DNA of 64,000 nt from Candidatus Melainabacteria bacterium 17Bon1m. GTDB lineage: Bacteria; Cyanobacteriota; Vampirovibrionia; Obscuribacterales; Obscuribacteraceae. Positions 18,184 through 28,682 of this stretch are shown piece after piece. The stretch covers positions 64,001 through 128,000 of the forward strand of contig JAVLKG010000011.1 in NCBI GenBank assembly GCA_032128875.1. Direction: 5' to 3'. The notes beneath the pieces are model-generated. The model was not told the DNA's origin, ran no database searches, and saw nothing but the letters and a program-made list of their open reading frames with translations. Position numbers and translations under genes: made by a program. The first letter of the stretch is position 1. The number at the start of each line of letters is the position of its first letter.

Positions 18184-19602
18184 ATGGCATCTAGCGAGAA
18201 GCCGGATTTCATCGAAATTGCAGAGAAAGAAACGCCCGTAAAGCTAACGACGGGGGGACTTTTTGGCGACGATGCTGCATCGCAGAGCGATGATGGCACT
18301 GCGCAGCGGCAGACCAGTCAGCCGATGCACCCCAGTTCTTCCGCCACCGATCGAAGTGCCGTCGCGGGCAACCCGTCAAATAGCCCAATCTCCGGCCTCA
18401 AACCACACCAGATAGTCAATGACGATGTCGCTAACCTCCGCGGGCAGTTGCCGCCTGGCTCCTCAATGAGCCAGCTGCCTGGTGGAACCATGTTTTTCAT
18501 CGTTTTGCTTGCCGCGGTCTGCTATTTCGGCAACCAAATTGACGAGATGCGCAACAGAACTCTTACAGATTTTGCTAAAGGCATCTCCATGAATGGCAGA
18601 GGTTTTGTGCAAACCGCTGGTGATCTTGGAGACACCTTGATACGTCATCATAACCTTGACGGAGCAAAAGCTGTCTACGATAAGGCTCTATTCGACTTAT
18701 CTTCCAGCGGATTGGATTCGGGGACTAAAGGTGCCTTTGTGCGACTTAAGTTGGTTGAAATCGCTTTTGCGAATGCCAACATCGAGTCATCCAGAGGTCG
18801 TAAAGCACAGGATAGTAGGACGCGGCGAGAAGCTTTCGATAGGTCATGGAAGTACGAGGCAGAGGCGAAAAGTCTGGCGAATCAAGCTTCAGAGATGCTC
18901 AGCAAGGATCGCGTCCATGTCAACACTGAAATACAATTTTTGCTTTCCAACGCTGGAAATAATTTTGAAGACTGGTTCGACTACAAAATGGCGATCAAGT
19001 TAAACGAGCAAGCTCTCAACTATTGGCCTAAGAGTTGGCGCAATGGTCGTTCTTACGTCGATGGTAAGCTCGGCTTCGAACATCTTATGGTCGGCAATTT
19101 TTTGACCGCAGAAGAGCATTTGAAAAACTCGCTCAACTGGACGATGAAAAACGGCTCCACTAGAGATAATGCTTGGAAGTTGTCGATTCTTGGTCGCTCG
19201 CAGATCGACTTGAAAAAGTATATGGATGCAGAAGTCAATTTGAACCGTGCCATCGAAATATGGGATGACCTGAACAAAAATGAGCGAAATCTTGATGTCG
19301 ATTATGCGCGAGTCTATACCGATCAAGGTCGAGTGAAAGCAGCATTGGGAAATAGCAATGAGGCTCTCAAGCTTTTCCAGAAGGCAGAGTCGCTATTGAA
19401 AGAGCATCCGGATTACACTTTCGACAGCATGCGAAATCATTTGGCCATGGCTAATTATTATCGCGACATTGGAAACTTTGCGCAGGCTCGGGATCTGTAT
19501 TCAGACATCATCGGGCGGATAGACCAAGGTGATGAAGGACCTGACCGAAAATCTGTTATGCGGGAATGGGATCTCTTGCGCCGTTTATCTGGAGGACGTT
19601 GA
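18184..19602 (+). CDS. Single-pass membrane TPR-repeat protein
   Basis: Disordered N-terminus, hydrophobic FFIVLLAAVCYF, then TPR-like repeats (LG...G.F..AE..L..SL; A...F.KA). Confidence 0.75.
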   Translation: MASSEKPDFIEIAEKETPVKLTTGGLFGDDAASQSDDGTAQRQTSQPMHPSSSATDRSAVAGNPSNSPISGLKPHQIVNDDVANLRGQLPPGSSMSQLPGGTMFFIVLLAAVCYFGNQIDEMRNRTLTDFAKGISMNGRGFVQTAGDLGDTLIRHHNLDGAKAVYDKALFDLSSSGLDSGTKGAFVRLKLVEIAFANANIESSRGRKAQDSRTRREAFDRSWKYEAEAKSLANQASEMLSKDRVHVNTEIQFLLSNAGNNFEDWFDYKMAIKLNEQALNYWPKSWRNGRSYVDGKLGFEHLMVGNFLTAEEHLKNSLNWTMKNGSTRDNAWKLSILGRSQIDLKKYMDAEVNLNRAIEIWDDLNKNERNLDVDYARVYTDQGRVKAALGNSNEALKLFQKAESLLKEHPDYTFDSMRNHLAMANYYRDIGNFAQARDLYSDIIGRIDQGDEGPDRKSVMREWDLLRRLSGGR

Positions 19603-21047
19603 TGGCTGAGCTAAATGTTATAGTTCCATATCGCTCAATGCCGTTGAAGGTAGTGTTCTCGTCCATGTGCGCGCTGTTTCCGCTATGGGCGGTTATTGCG
19701 CCCGCTATCATGGGATTTCTGATTGGACGTGCGTTTGCCTACCCAGGTGTAATTCCTCCGCATTTGGTGGCGATTGGTTGCACCACTTTACTCATGACTA
19801 TGTTGTCCGGTTTGGCACTGTCAGCGGTATCAGAGAACAACCGAATTCATATTTCTAAGGACGGGTTATGTTTTCCTCCTTTCTTTTTACCTAGATTGAA
19901 GTTTAAGCGAAATCGCAATTGGAGCGAGCTGCAAGCCGCCAATCTAGTGAAAGATGCCGGACCCTATGGCGGAACTCTTCTTCTGTCTTTCGATAGTGGA
20001 GAGCGTCTAAATCTTCCGCTTCGAAACATCAAAGAATCAGACGTTGAACAGCTTCTTCTGGGTGTTGAACTTTGGGGTATCAACTGCAATCGGTCGCCGG
20101 AATTGATTGAATACCAGCGCACTTTGCAAAATGAGACTCGAGGTGTTGGACAGAAAAGTTACACACAGATGTGGGAAGATGAGCTTTCTCGCAGATTTGC
20201 GCCCACCACTTTCGTTCCATTAGAGCCTGGAAGAAAGCTTCAGGGCGGCCGAATTGAAGTTGTAAGGCAACTAGCATTTGGTGGACTGTCTGCGATTTAT
20301 CTTGCACACCTGAATAAGACCGACCTTGTTGTTCTGAAAGAAGCCGTCGTTCACACAAAGGCTGATCCTGAGGCAAAGAGGCAGGCGGAGCAACATTTGG
20401 ACAGAGAAGCAAAAATTCTCTCGACGCTCGTGCATCCCAACATCGCCCGTGTGCTCGACCACTTTGTTGAAGATGACAGGCATTATTTGATTTTGGAATA
20501 TATCAGTGGACAAGATCTTCGTCAGTTCGTCAAGCAAAACGATGGACAGGAAGTTGGGAATGTCCTTGATTGGGCGATTGATGCAGCGACAATCTTGGCT
20601 TTCCTGCACGGTAATGAACCTCCGATCATCCATCGTGATCTGACTCCGGATAATCTTGTAGTGCGCAATGACGGCGCACTTATTCTTATAGATTTCGGGG
20701 CTGCTAATCAGTTTGTAGGATCTGCAACAGGAACGGTTGTTGGCAAACAGGCGTACATCGCGCCTGAGCAGTTGCGTGGAAAAACCGTCACGCAGAGCGA
20801 TTTATATAGTTTGGGTGGGACTATTTACTATTTGCTCACTGGGCGTGATCCGATGCCTTTGTCGATCAGTCATCCGAAAACTCTACGCCACGATACACCC
20901 GATGCGCTTGACGAACTTGTGGCAAGATTGAGCGCCTTCGAGCCTGAAGATCGTATACAGACAGCGGCGGAGGTGGTCGAGCAATTAATGCTCATAAGGG
21001 CGAGGTTTGATTCGCGTGGCGTTGTCGCAACAGGAGATGCGCTCTAA
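19602..21047 (+). CDS. Membrane Hanks-type Ser/Thr kinase (2 TM + linker domain + kinase)
   Basis: AFGGLSAIY, VVLKE, HRDLTPDN, IDFG, YIAPEQ, SDLYSLG. ATG 19602 overlaps the upstream TGA and follows GGAGG. Confidence 0.9.
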   Translation: MAELNVIVPYRSMPLKVVFSSMCALFPLWAVIAPAIMGFLIGRAFAYPGVIPPHLVAIGCTTLLMTMLSGLALSAVSENNRIHISKDGLCFPPFFLPRLKFKRNRNWSELQAANLVKDAGPYGGTLLLSFDSGERLNLPLRNIKESDVEQLLLGVELWGINCNRSPELIEYQRTLQNETRGVGQKSYTQMWEDELSRRFAPTTFVPLEPGRKLQGGRIEVVRQLAFGGLSAIYLAHLNKTDLVVLKEAVVHTKADPEAKRQAEQHLDREAKILSTLVHPNIARVLDHFVEDDRHYLILEYISGQDLRQFVKQNDGQEVGNVLDWAIDAATILAFLHGNEPPIIHRDLTPDNLVVRNDGALILIDFGAANQFVGSATGTVVGKQAYIAPEQLRGKTVTQSDLYSLGGTIYYLLTGRDPMPLSISHPKTLRHDTPDALDELVARLSAFEPEDRIQTAAEVVEQLMLIRARFDSRGVVATGDAL

Positions 21048-23359
21048 TGGAAGAGCGGCAAGATCAGTTGGGTGGCGGACTTGCTGGACAATTTACAGCC
21101 AGAGGTCAGGGTTTTGAGACTAAAGAGCAGTCTGCCACTCCCGAGTTGAAGATTGCACCCGATGACGTAAGCGGCGAATTACTGCCTGCTCTGGCCGAGG
21201 AATCTCACTCCACAATTGGCGATATTGCTAAAGCACTGCCTTCCAAACGCACCAATTCCAGTAAAGGAGAAGGTTTCGAGCCTCTGGCGAAACTCCCACG
21301 TATTGGATTTGGCTTGCTGTTCACTATAGCCGCCAGCTTTATTTTGTTCCAATTTTCGAAGTATGGCGCTGCTGGAATGTCAACGACTATCTGGATGTCT
21401 ATTCCGGTAGTCATTTATTTCGCGCACTGTATGTTGCGCCTGAGTGATATCACCGGCATGAAGACAGGGACACGTCCTCCTCTTTCAGCATCCACAGTTA
21501 CCTTGATTTCTCTGATCACGCTTACTTGTTTTCCTGTATTCGGCGAGTTTTATCACTTTCCGAACAGACTGCTTGACCCGTTCTTCGCCGTTTGGATGCT
21601 TGCTCAATTCATATGGCCAGTGCTTATTTCACATGCGATTGAGCGCACGGCAAAGGTCCGCACGTTGGTATTGGGTTTGGTGGCGGCAGTGCCATTTTTT
21701 GCAGTGGCTGGACTTCCTGTCCTTTTTCACGAGTGGATGTTTTTCCTCCCCGTCTGGCTGATGTCACAGTTTGTCTGCGCTGTCTATCTGAGTGAGCGCT
21801 TGCGTCAGGTTTTCATAAATGACCTGAAAGTCAACATCGCAAAAATGACGGCATCGAAAGCGCAAGTTGTCGGAGCTACCAAAGATGATATCGTCGTGCG
21901 TTACAGACCGTTCTCGGCTGTAGAGCGTTGGATAGAGCAGCGTTTTACCGGAGGGAATTTGGTAAAAGGTGCTCAGTTGGTGGCGCTTTGGATTTCAGTT
22001 CCGCTAGTAATCGTGGCACTTTTGTTGGGCTTGACTTTTCTCGACATACTCGTCGGGACAAATACGTCGAGTAATCAGCATGTCGGCAAAGCCGCAGCCC
22101 AAGCCGCGGCTAATTTAAATACTAATTTTCTTCGAACCTTTCTTATTTTGGTCGGAGGGCTAGTTGGAGTTCCAGTCTTTGTCTACTTGCGAACTCCTAC
22201 ACACTTGTTGTTCAACAGGAGCGGTTTGCGCTTCTTATGGCGTCACAGCAGCAGACGTGGTCATGATGGTAAAGAGTTGAGTTGGAAAGATTTGCAGTCA
22301 ATTGAATTGGAACGTCCTCTTGGATCCACGCAGGCGCTTGACCAGTTTCTCTGCTTTAGAGCCCATGGCGAAAGAGTCGAAAAGATGAAACTGAGCGCCT
22401 TCGATACAATCGAGGATCGCGAGAAAATCCTAGCCATGATCCGCAGTTGGGCACCGAATGTTCCGCGCCCGCCCGAGGTTGAGCAGTGTTTGGAACCACC
22501 TGCGAATCACAGCTATACAGAAATGTGGCTGCAAGCACTCGCTGCTCCGCCTAAGCGCGAACGACTAAAACCGCTGATGGATGGCGGCACTGTGCAAGCC
22601 GGTAAGTACCGGGTGATCAATCAACTTGGAGTTGGTGGACAGGGTTCTGCCTATCTGTCAAAAGACAATATCAATGATCAAATAGTGGTGCTCAAAGAGT
22701 TTATTCTGCCTGTGCATGTTGATGTAAATGTGCGCAAGAGCGCGCTTGAGAGCTTTGAAAACGAAGCGCGAATTTTAAAGCAGATGGACAGCCCAAATGT
22801 CGTAAAGTTAATCGACTTCTTTGTTGAGGATCATCGCGCCTATTTGGTTCTTGAGCACATCGATGGAATGTCGCTCAGAGAGCTGGTTGAGGAGAATGGT
22901 GCGATGAAAGAACCGCAGGTGAAAGAACTTGCGCTTCAGATGTGTTCTATCCTTTCGTACTTGCATTCTTTGTCACCGCCGGTAGTGCACCGCGATTTCA
23001 CTCCGGACAATTTGATTTTGCAACGCGACGGCACTCTGAAACTCATCGATTTCAACGTGGCGCAACAAGTCGAAGCGACGGTTACAGGTACAGTGGTCGG
23101 CAAACATGCCTATCTGCCTCCTGAGCAGTTCCGCGGCATGCCAACCAGTCAGAGCGACATCTATGCTTGCGGGGCGACCCTGCACTTTTTGCTGACAGGC
23201 GCTGACCCGGAGCCTATTTCGCAATCGCATCCTGGTAAGCAGGTTGCCGGTTTGAGCAATGGCATCGACCACATCGTCGCTCATGCCACTCAGCTGGACA
23301 TTGGGCAGAGATACGACACGATTGGCGAAATGGAAAGCGACCTCAGGGTTTTGGTGTAG
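21047..23359 (+). CDS. Polytopic membrane Hanks-type Ser/Thr kinase
   Basis: About 8 hydrophobic segments; GVGGQGSAY, VVLKE, HRDFTPDN, IDFNVA, YLPPEQ, SDIYACG. TAATG stop/start coupling. Confidence 0.9.
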   Translation: MEERQDQLGGGLAGQFTARGQGFETKEQSATPELKIAPDDVSGELLPALAEESHSTIGDIAKALPSKRTNSSKGEGFEPLAKLPRIGFGLLFTIAASFILFQFSKYGAAGMSTTIWMSIPVVIYFAHCMLRLSDITGMKTGTRPPLSASTVTLISLITLTCFPVFGEFYHFPNRLLDPFFAVWMLAQFIWPVLISHAIERTAKVRTLVLGLVAAVPFFAVAGLPVLFHEWMFFLPVWLMSQFVCAVYLSERLRQVFINDLKVNIAKMTASKAQVVGATKDDIVVRYRPFSAVERWIEQRFTGGNLVKGAQLVALWISVPLVIVALLLGLTFLDILVGTNTSSNQHVGKAAAQAAANLNTNFLRTFLILVGGLVGVPVFVYLRTPTHLLFNRSGLRFLWRHSSRRGHDGKELSWKDLQSIELERPLGSTQALDQFLCFRAHGERVEKMKLSAFDTIEDREKILAMIRSWAPNVPRPPEVEQCLEPPANHSYTEMWLQALAAPPKRERLKPLMDGGTVQAGKYRVINQLGVGGQGSAYLSKDNINDQIVVLKEFILPVHVDVNVRKSALESFENEARILKQMDSPNVVKLIDFFVEDHRAYLVLEHIDGMSLRELVEENGAMKEPQVKELALQMCSILSYLHSLSPPVVHRDFTPDNLILQRDGTLKLIDFNVAQQVEATVTGTVVGKHAYLPPEQFRGMPTSQSDIYACGATLHFLLTGADPEPISQSHPGKQVAGLSNGIDHIVAHATQLDIGQRYDTIGEMESDLRVLV

Positions 23360-23511
23360 GGTTGACGCCGTGTGTCGCCCGCTGTTGAACACGGTGGACT
23401 CCATGCGTCGCCTCTTTTACATGGGTGCACTTAGACTTCACGTCTTTTAGGGAATAATGGAATTATGCCGGGTGCGTACCGCGGGCATGATGCATCAGAG
23501 GACCCCAAACC

Positions 23512-24807
23512 ATGAAAAGCATGAAACGGTCGACCTTTGCAGTCTTAGTGTTGGCTCTTTCCCTGGGGGCGACCCAGGCTCGTGCCGGCGACTGCGACCA
23601 TGTCATCAATAGCAATGAGGCGCGCACCGAAAATGCCATTACGGCGTCGAAGATTCAATGGGAGACGTCGCTGGACAAGGCGAAAGCCAAGTCAGCAGCC
23701 AGTGGGAAGCCTATCCTCTGGGTCCATATGCTCGGAAACATCGACGGGTACACTTGATCCGCGGCAAATAGCTTGAGAGCCGGGTCGCTCTCGAAAGAAC
23801 CTGTATTGTCCAAACTGCGCGACCGCTTCGTCTGCGGATACCGCAATATCATGAAAGACCCGTATTCGGGCAACTCAGGCATTCACCCTGCAACCGGACC
23901 AGCCGTGACCACGACGAATGGCGCCGGACCTCGCAACCTCCAGCTTTTCATCATGGCTCAAGATGGCACTGTGGTGCACTGTATGCCGGGCTACTGGAAC
24001 CCCAATGACCTCAATGCCGAGCTGGACTTTGCCGACCGCTTGCACCGAGTCTGGATGGACCATTCGATAACCGAGCCGCAGAAGAAAGCACTGTTCGCGC
24101 AAGAACAATTGCGGCATATTCAGACTCACTCGTCGGATGTGGTCGCCCGAAGTGAGCTGCAGGGCTTCGACAAGCAATTCTGCTACAAAAACAACGTGAC
24201 GGATGCCATCGCTAACGCCAGTCTTATCCCGGCTGATTGGCACGATGTTCCGAAAGAAGCGTTCAAGACGACAGACGTTATCCTTCACGAGCGCATGGCG
24301 AAGCAGCCTTTCGTCAATTATTCGGCGTTCAACATAGCCAGTTTCGTCAATTACGGCAGCCATCACTACGATAAGCACGAGAAAGATCTCGAGCCTGAAA
24401 CCATGGCTAATATTCGCGCACACAATCTGCGCGATGTTCTACACGAGACAGGAGATCCTGTTCCCAAAGCTAAGGTCACCAACGTTGCAGCTTCAAAACC
24501 GGCGACAAGTTATCCCAACATGATCACGAAGCCGAAAGAAGTGGAGAAAACCATGGTCGACGGCTTCTGGGGCTATGCTCGCAAAGGCGACTGGGTGAAA
24601 GCCGACAGGGTGGCGAACTACATGTTGGAAAAGAGTCCAGGCAGCCCAACTGGTCACGAGATGAAAGCCGTGATCGCTTACGGCAAGGCGCGCTACGCCG
24701 AAGCCTACTTCCATTCGTACAATGCAATTCGCATGGGCTCGAAGCACCCGACTATCGTAGGCATCTATCAGAAATCACGCACGGCCGCGAGCAGCGCCGC
24801 GAAATAA
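23512..24807 (+). CDS. Candidate exported selenoprotein, thioredoxin-like/SelN-like, 431 aa with TGA (Sec) at codon 82
   Basis: ORFs 23512-23757 and 23773-24807 are in one frame, separated only by TGA 23755-23757 and five sense codons (SAANS). Signal peptide present; SECIS-like hairpin downstream of the TGA. Confidence 0.75.
23773..23794 (+). promoter_or_regulatory. Putative bacterial SECIS element
   Basis: TTGAGAGC-CGGGTC-GCTCTCGA: 6 Watson-Crick pairs plus U-G and U-A; G at loop position 2; 23 nt between the UGA and the loop. Confidence 0.65.
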
Positions 24808-24810
24808 GTA

Positions 24811-24863
24811 GTAAGGGAGCCGCATGCGGCTCCCTGCCAGGGCGGCGCATGCGCCGCCCCTAC
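24811..24863 (-). repeat. REP-like double-hairpin element, copy 1
   Basis: Minus strand GTAGGGGCGGCGCATGCGCCGCCCTGGCAGGGAGCCGCATGCGGCTCCCTTAC; near-identical to 48576-48628. Confidence 0.9.
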
Positions 24864-27574
24864 GGTGCGCTTGCGTGAGCTGCTTTCGTTTCTTCGACGT
24901 CTTCGCCTTCGCTGTCGCTGTCGCGTTCAGCATCGACTTCGGCAATCGGACTTTCGCCCTTGCGGAAGGTCAACCCGTGTCCATCTGGAGTGGATTCAAC
25001 CGTAATGGCGTCACCGTCCATGAAGTCGCCTTGCAGAATGTGCAGAGACAGTGGATTCTCGATTTCCTTTTGAATCAAACGCTTGAGCGGACGCGCACCG
25101 TACATAGGGTCGTAGCCGGTTTTGGCCAACCACTCCTCTGCGCCCTCGGTGGCGGTGAGATGCATTTTGCGGTCTGCAAGTCTGCGATTGAGATAATTCA
25201 ATTGGATGTCGACAATGCGCTTCAATTCTTCCGGCTTGAGTGCATGGAAGACCACAGTCTCGTCGATCCGGTTAAGGAATTCCGGTCTGAAGTGTTCTCT
25301 CAGCGATTCCAACACTTTCTCGCGCATCTGCGGATAGCTGTCGTCACCCGTGACGGCTGCTTTCATCTGGTAGTCGAGGATGTGTTGGCTGCCGATATTC
25401 GACGTCATAATAATGACGGTGTTTTTGAAATCGACATGCCGGCCACGCGAATCAGTCAAGTGTCCTTCATCGAGAACCTGCAGCAACACGTTGAAAACAT
25501 CAGCGTGCGCTTTTTCGATTTCATCGAACAACACGCAGGAATAGGCTCGACGGCGTACTGCTTCAGTGAGTTGTCCACCTTCGTCGTGTCCTATATATCC
25601 GGGCGGCGCGCCGATCAAACGCGCAACAGTGTGACGCTCTTGATACTCTGACATATCGATGCGCACCATTGCTTGTTCGTCATCGTAGAGAAACTCAGCG
25701 AGCGCTTTTGCGAGTTCGGTCTTACCAACACCGGTCGGTCCAAGGAAGAGGAAACTTCCGATTGGTCTGCCCGGATCTTTTAGACCCGCTCTCGCGCGTC
25801 TGACACCATTGGCGACAACTTCAATCGCTTCTTCCTGCCCGATAACGCGCTGATGAAGATGCTCTTCGAGGCGCAGCAATTTTTGTACTTCGCCTTCGAG
25901 AAGCTTCGTCACCGGTACTCCGGTCCATTTAGAAATGATCTCAGCGATATCTTCTTCGTCGACTTCTTCCTTGAGAAGTCTGCCACCTCTTTTGGTATTA
26001 AGCGGCGCCTCGGCTGATTTCAATTTTTGCTCTAATTCGCGCAGCTTGCCGTACTTGAGTTCTGCAGCCTTTTGCAAATCAGTGGCGCGTTCAGCTTGTT
26101 CGATCAAGAGTTTTGTCGCTTCGATATCGGCTTTGAGAGTTTGAATTCCGCTAATCGCTTCCTTCTCAGAGAGCCACTGAGCCTTCAGCCCATCTCCCTT
26201 TTCCTGAATGTTGGCGATTTCACGTTCTATTTTCTCGAGTCGTTCTTTCGATGCGTTGTCTTTTTCTTTCTTCAACGCCTCGCGCTCGATTTCTAATTGA
26301 ATTCTACGTCTCTCGAGCTCGTCGAGTTCGCTCGGCATGCTGTCGATTTCGATACGCATTCTTGCCGCTGCTTCGTCGACTAAGTCGATGGCTTTGTCCG
26401 GCAAAGAGCGATCGGTAATATAGCGATGCGAAAGAACGGCGGCACTGACGAGCGCGGAGTCCTTAATACGCACCCCGTGGTGCACTTCGTAACGTTCTTT
26501 GAGACCACGTAAAATCGAAATGGATTCTTCTACCGATGGTTCTTCAACCATGACGGTTTGGAATCGGCGTTCTAGCGCCGGATCTTTCTCGACGTGTTTT
26601 CTATATTCATCAACTGTGGTGGCGCCGATGCAATGCAATTCACCACGTGCCAGCGGTGGTTTCAACAAATTGCCTGCGTCCATAGAACCTTCACCGCTCG
26701 AACCCGCACCAACCACGGTGTGCAATTCGTCGATGAAGAGAATGATTTCACCTTCTGCTTCGATGACTTCCTTGAGTACGGCTTTTAGACGCTCTTCAAA
26801 TTCACCGCGATATTTGGCACCGGCAATGAGCGAGCCCATGTCCAGAGCGATGAGTTTTTTGTCTTTCAAACCTTCCGGCACGTCACCTTTGGTGATACGA
26901 ATTGCCAGTCCTTCGGCGATAGCTGTCTTACCAACACCAGGCTCTCCGACGAGCACCGGGTTGTTTTTGGTTCTTCTTGAAAGAACTTGCATGACCCGGC
27001 GAATCTCTTCGTCTCTTCCGATAACAGGGTCGAGCTTGCCTCGCGCTGCCGCTTCTGTCAGGTCTTTGCCGTATTTTGCCAACGCTTCGTAGGTGGCTTC
27101 GGGGTCCTGACTGGTGACGCGTTGCTTGCCGCGAATTTGAGTCAACACACTGAGAATGGCTTCTCGTGAAGCGCCATGATTTTTCAGAATGCTGCCTGCT
27201 TGCGATTTGATGTCATCGGCGATGGCGAGCAAAATATGCTCAACGCTAATGAATTCGTCTTTGAGTTTGTCGGCTTCACGGTTTGCCGACTCCAACAAGC
27301 GCATCAAAGCATGGGAAACATGAATCTCGTCCTTTTGGGTGGTTATGGCCGAACCCTTGGGTTGATTTTGCAAATATTTGCTGACGTCTTCAATAATTTC
27401 CTTTTGGTCAATATTGAGGCGCTCAAGGATTTTGCTCGCGACTCCTTCTTCCTGCTCCATTAAGGACAGCAGCACATGCTCAGGCGTTACCTGAGTGTGG
27501 CCAAAGCGCGCCAGTAGTGTCCTGCAATTAGTGATTGCTTCTTGCGCTTTATGCGTGAATTTTTCAAGGTTCAT
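24860..27574 (-). CDS. clpB: ATP-dependent chaperone ClpB
   Basis: Clp N domain, GEPGVGKT and GPTGVGKT Walker A motifs, long middle coiled coil, GARPLKR. Confidence 0.98.
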   Translation of the reverse strand: MNLEKFTHKAQEAITNCRTLLARFGHTQVTPEHVLLSLMEQEEGVASKILERLNIDQKEIIEDVSKYLQNQPKGSAITTQKDEIHVSHALMRLLESANREADKLKDEFISVEHILLAIADDIKSQAGSILKNHGASREAILSVLTQIRGKQRVTSQDPEATYEALAKYGKDLTEAAARGKLDPVIGRDEEIRRVMQVLSRRTKNNPVLVGEPGVGKTAIAEGLAIRITKGDVPEGLKDKKLIALDMGSLIAGAKYRGEFEERLKAVLKEVIEAEGEIILFIDELHTVVGAGSSGEGSMDAGNLLKPPLARGELHCIGATTVDEYRKHVEKDPALERRFQTVMVEEPSVEESISILRGLKERYEVHHGVRIKDSALVSAAVLSHRYITDRSLPDKAIDLVDEAAARMRIEIDSMPSELDELERRRIQLEIEREALKKEKDNASKERLEKIEREIANIQEKGDGLKAQWLSEKEAISGIQTLKADIEATKLLIEQAERATDLQKAAELKYGKLRELEQKLKSAEAPLNTKRGGRLLKEEVDEEDIAEIISKWTGVPVTKLLEGEVQKLLRLEEHLHQRVIGQEEAIEVVANGVRRARAGLKDPGRPIGSFLFLGPTGVGKTELAKALAEFLYDDEQAMVRIDMSEYQERHTVARLIGAPPGYIGHDEGGQLTEAVRRRAYSCVLFDEIEKAHADVFNVLLQVLDEGHLTDSRGRHVDFKNTVIIMTSNIGSQHILDYQMKAAVTGDDSYPQMREKVLESLREHFRPEFLNRIDETVVFHALKPEELKRIVDIQLNYLNRRLADRKMHLTATEGAEEWLAKTGYDPMYGARPLKRLIQKEIENPLSLHILQGDFMDGDAITVESTPDGHGLTFRKGESPIAEVDAERDSDSEGEDVEETKAAHASAP

Positions 27575-27896
27575 AAAAACACCCGTTGTTCAGAGTTTTC
27601 AAAAAACGCTGCGTTAGAAACCGCCTCAACGACGGTTGCCTTTGTTGGCCGCCATAATTTGATTATGGAAGCTTTACTTAAGGCACATTCATTTATCCAC
27701 AATTTATTTATAAGCCTGGATTTGCCGTACCTTGGCGGGGCTACAGACTGCGACCATTCCTTGTATTCAGATTGGCACACTTGGAAAGCTCCTCTGGATT
27801 ATTCCAAAGTGGATAAAAACCTCGTCAAATCCTGCTACAAACGGCACCTAGGGCTTAAGATATCTAGTTAACGAGTAGAGTTGCAAAGTTAATAGG

Positions 27897-28619
27897 ATGC
27901 AGGAGTTCGAGGAAGATTACTACGCGGTCCTCGGCGTTGAGGAATCCGCTTCGCAGGAGGAGATCCGCAAGGCCTATTTGGCGCTTGCTAAAAAACTCCA
28001 TCCTGATCGTTTTCCCAACGACCCTGAAAAGCGGTTGGTGGCGCAGAGCGAGTTCGCCAAAGTCTCGCGCGCGCATGACGTGGTCAGTGACGCTGAGCGG
28101 CGCGCTGAATACGATGCTGTTCGACTCCTTACACGTAAAAGACATTCTCAAAGCAACCTGAGCGCCATCAGTCCCGACATCACAGAGGACGCAGAAGGGC
28201 AGCCCGTGGATGTTCCGCTGAATTCGACCGGCAATTTCATGATTCCCGGGAACGAAACTGAAGAAGAGAACATCAATATCAAATGGGCGAATAAACATTT
28301 GAGCAGGGCGGACGACTTATTCCGCAGGCGAAATTACAAAGAAGCTGAAACCGCCCTCAAGGAAGCTATTAGATTGGTCCCCACGGACCCGCGGTATCAC
28401 AATAAGTTGGCTGAGGTCTACCTGGCTAGAGGCTGGAAAACACTTGCGATGACGGAAGTGCAGTCGGCTCTCAGAAACGATCCTAAAAACGCAGAAGCGA
28501 AGAATTTGGAAGCAAAAGTGAAAGCTCTTGCGCGCGAGAAGGCTCAAACTCAGCAAATGCAGAGACCTAAAAAGAGCTTTTTCGAGCAGCTCAAGGAAAT
28601 TCTCACTCGCAAGCTTTGA
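27897..28619 (+). CDS. J-domain + TPR protein
   Basis: DYYAVLGV...LAKKLHPDRF (HPD motif), C-terminal TPRs; divergent from clpB. Confidence 0.9.
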   Translation: MQEFEEDYYAVLGVEESASQEEIRKAYLALAKKLHPDRFPNDPEKRLVAQSEFAKVSRAHDVVSDAERRAEYDAVRLLTRKRHSQSNLSAISPDITEDAEGQPVDVPLNSTGNFMIPGNETEEENINIKWANKHLSRADDLFRRRNYKEAETALKEAIRLVPTDPRYHNKLAEVYLARGWKTLAMTEVQSALRNDPKNAEAKNLEAKVKALAREKAQTQQMQRPKKSFFEQLKEILTRKL

Positions 28620-28682
28620 ACCTTGTTCGGAGAAATTTGTCCGATGTTGACCTTGCTCAATGCAAGCTTGCCCAAAGCAAGA

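Noticed and set aside
23773-24807. 344-aa ORF as an independent gene
   Set aside because: TTG start without RBS, inside the hairpin, beginning mid-domain; better explained as the 3' part of the UGA read-through gene.
24824-25651. 275-aa plus-strand ORF
   Set aside because: Antisense shadow of clpB that starts inside a REP-like repeat.
28617-28682. The J-domain gene TGA is in frame with the next ORF (28623), suggesting a second read-through
   Set aside because: The downstream protein has its own signal-like N-terminus from ATG 28683, the TGA is not in a redox motif, and I saw no SECIS-like hairpin. In-frame adjacency happens one time in three by chance.
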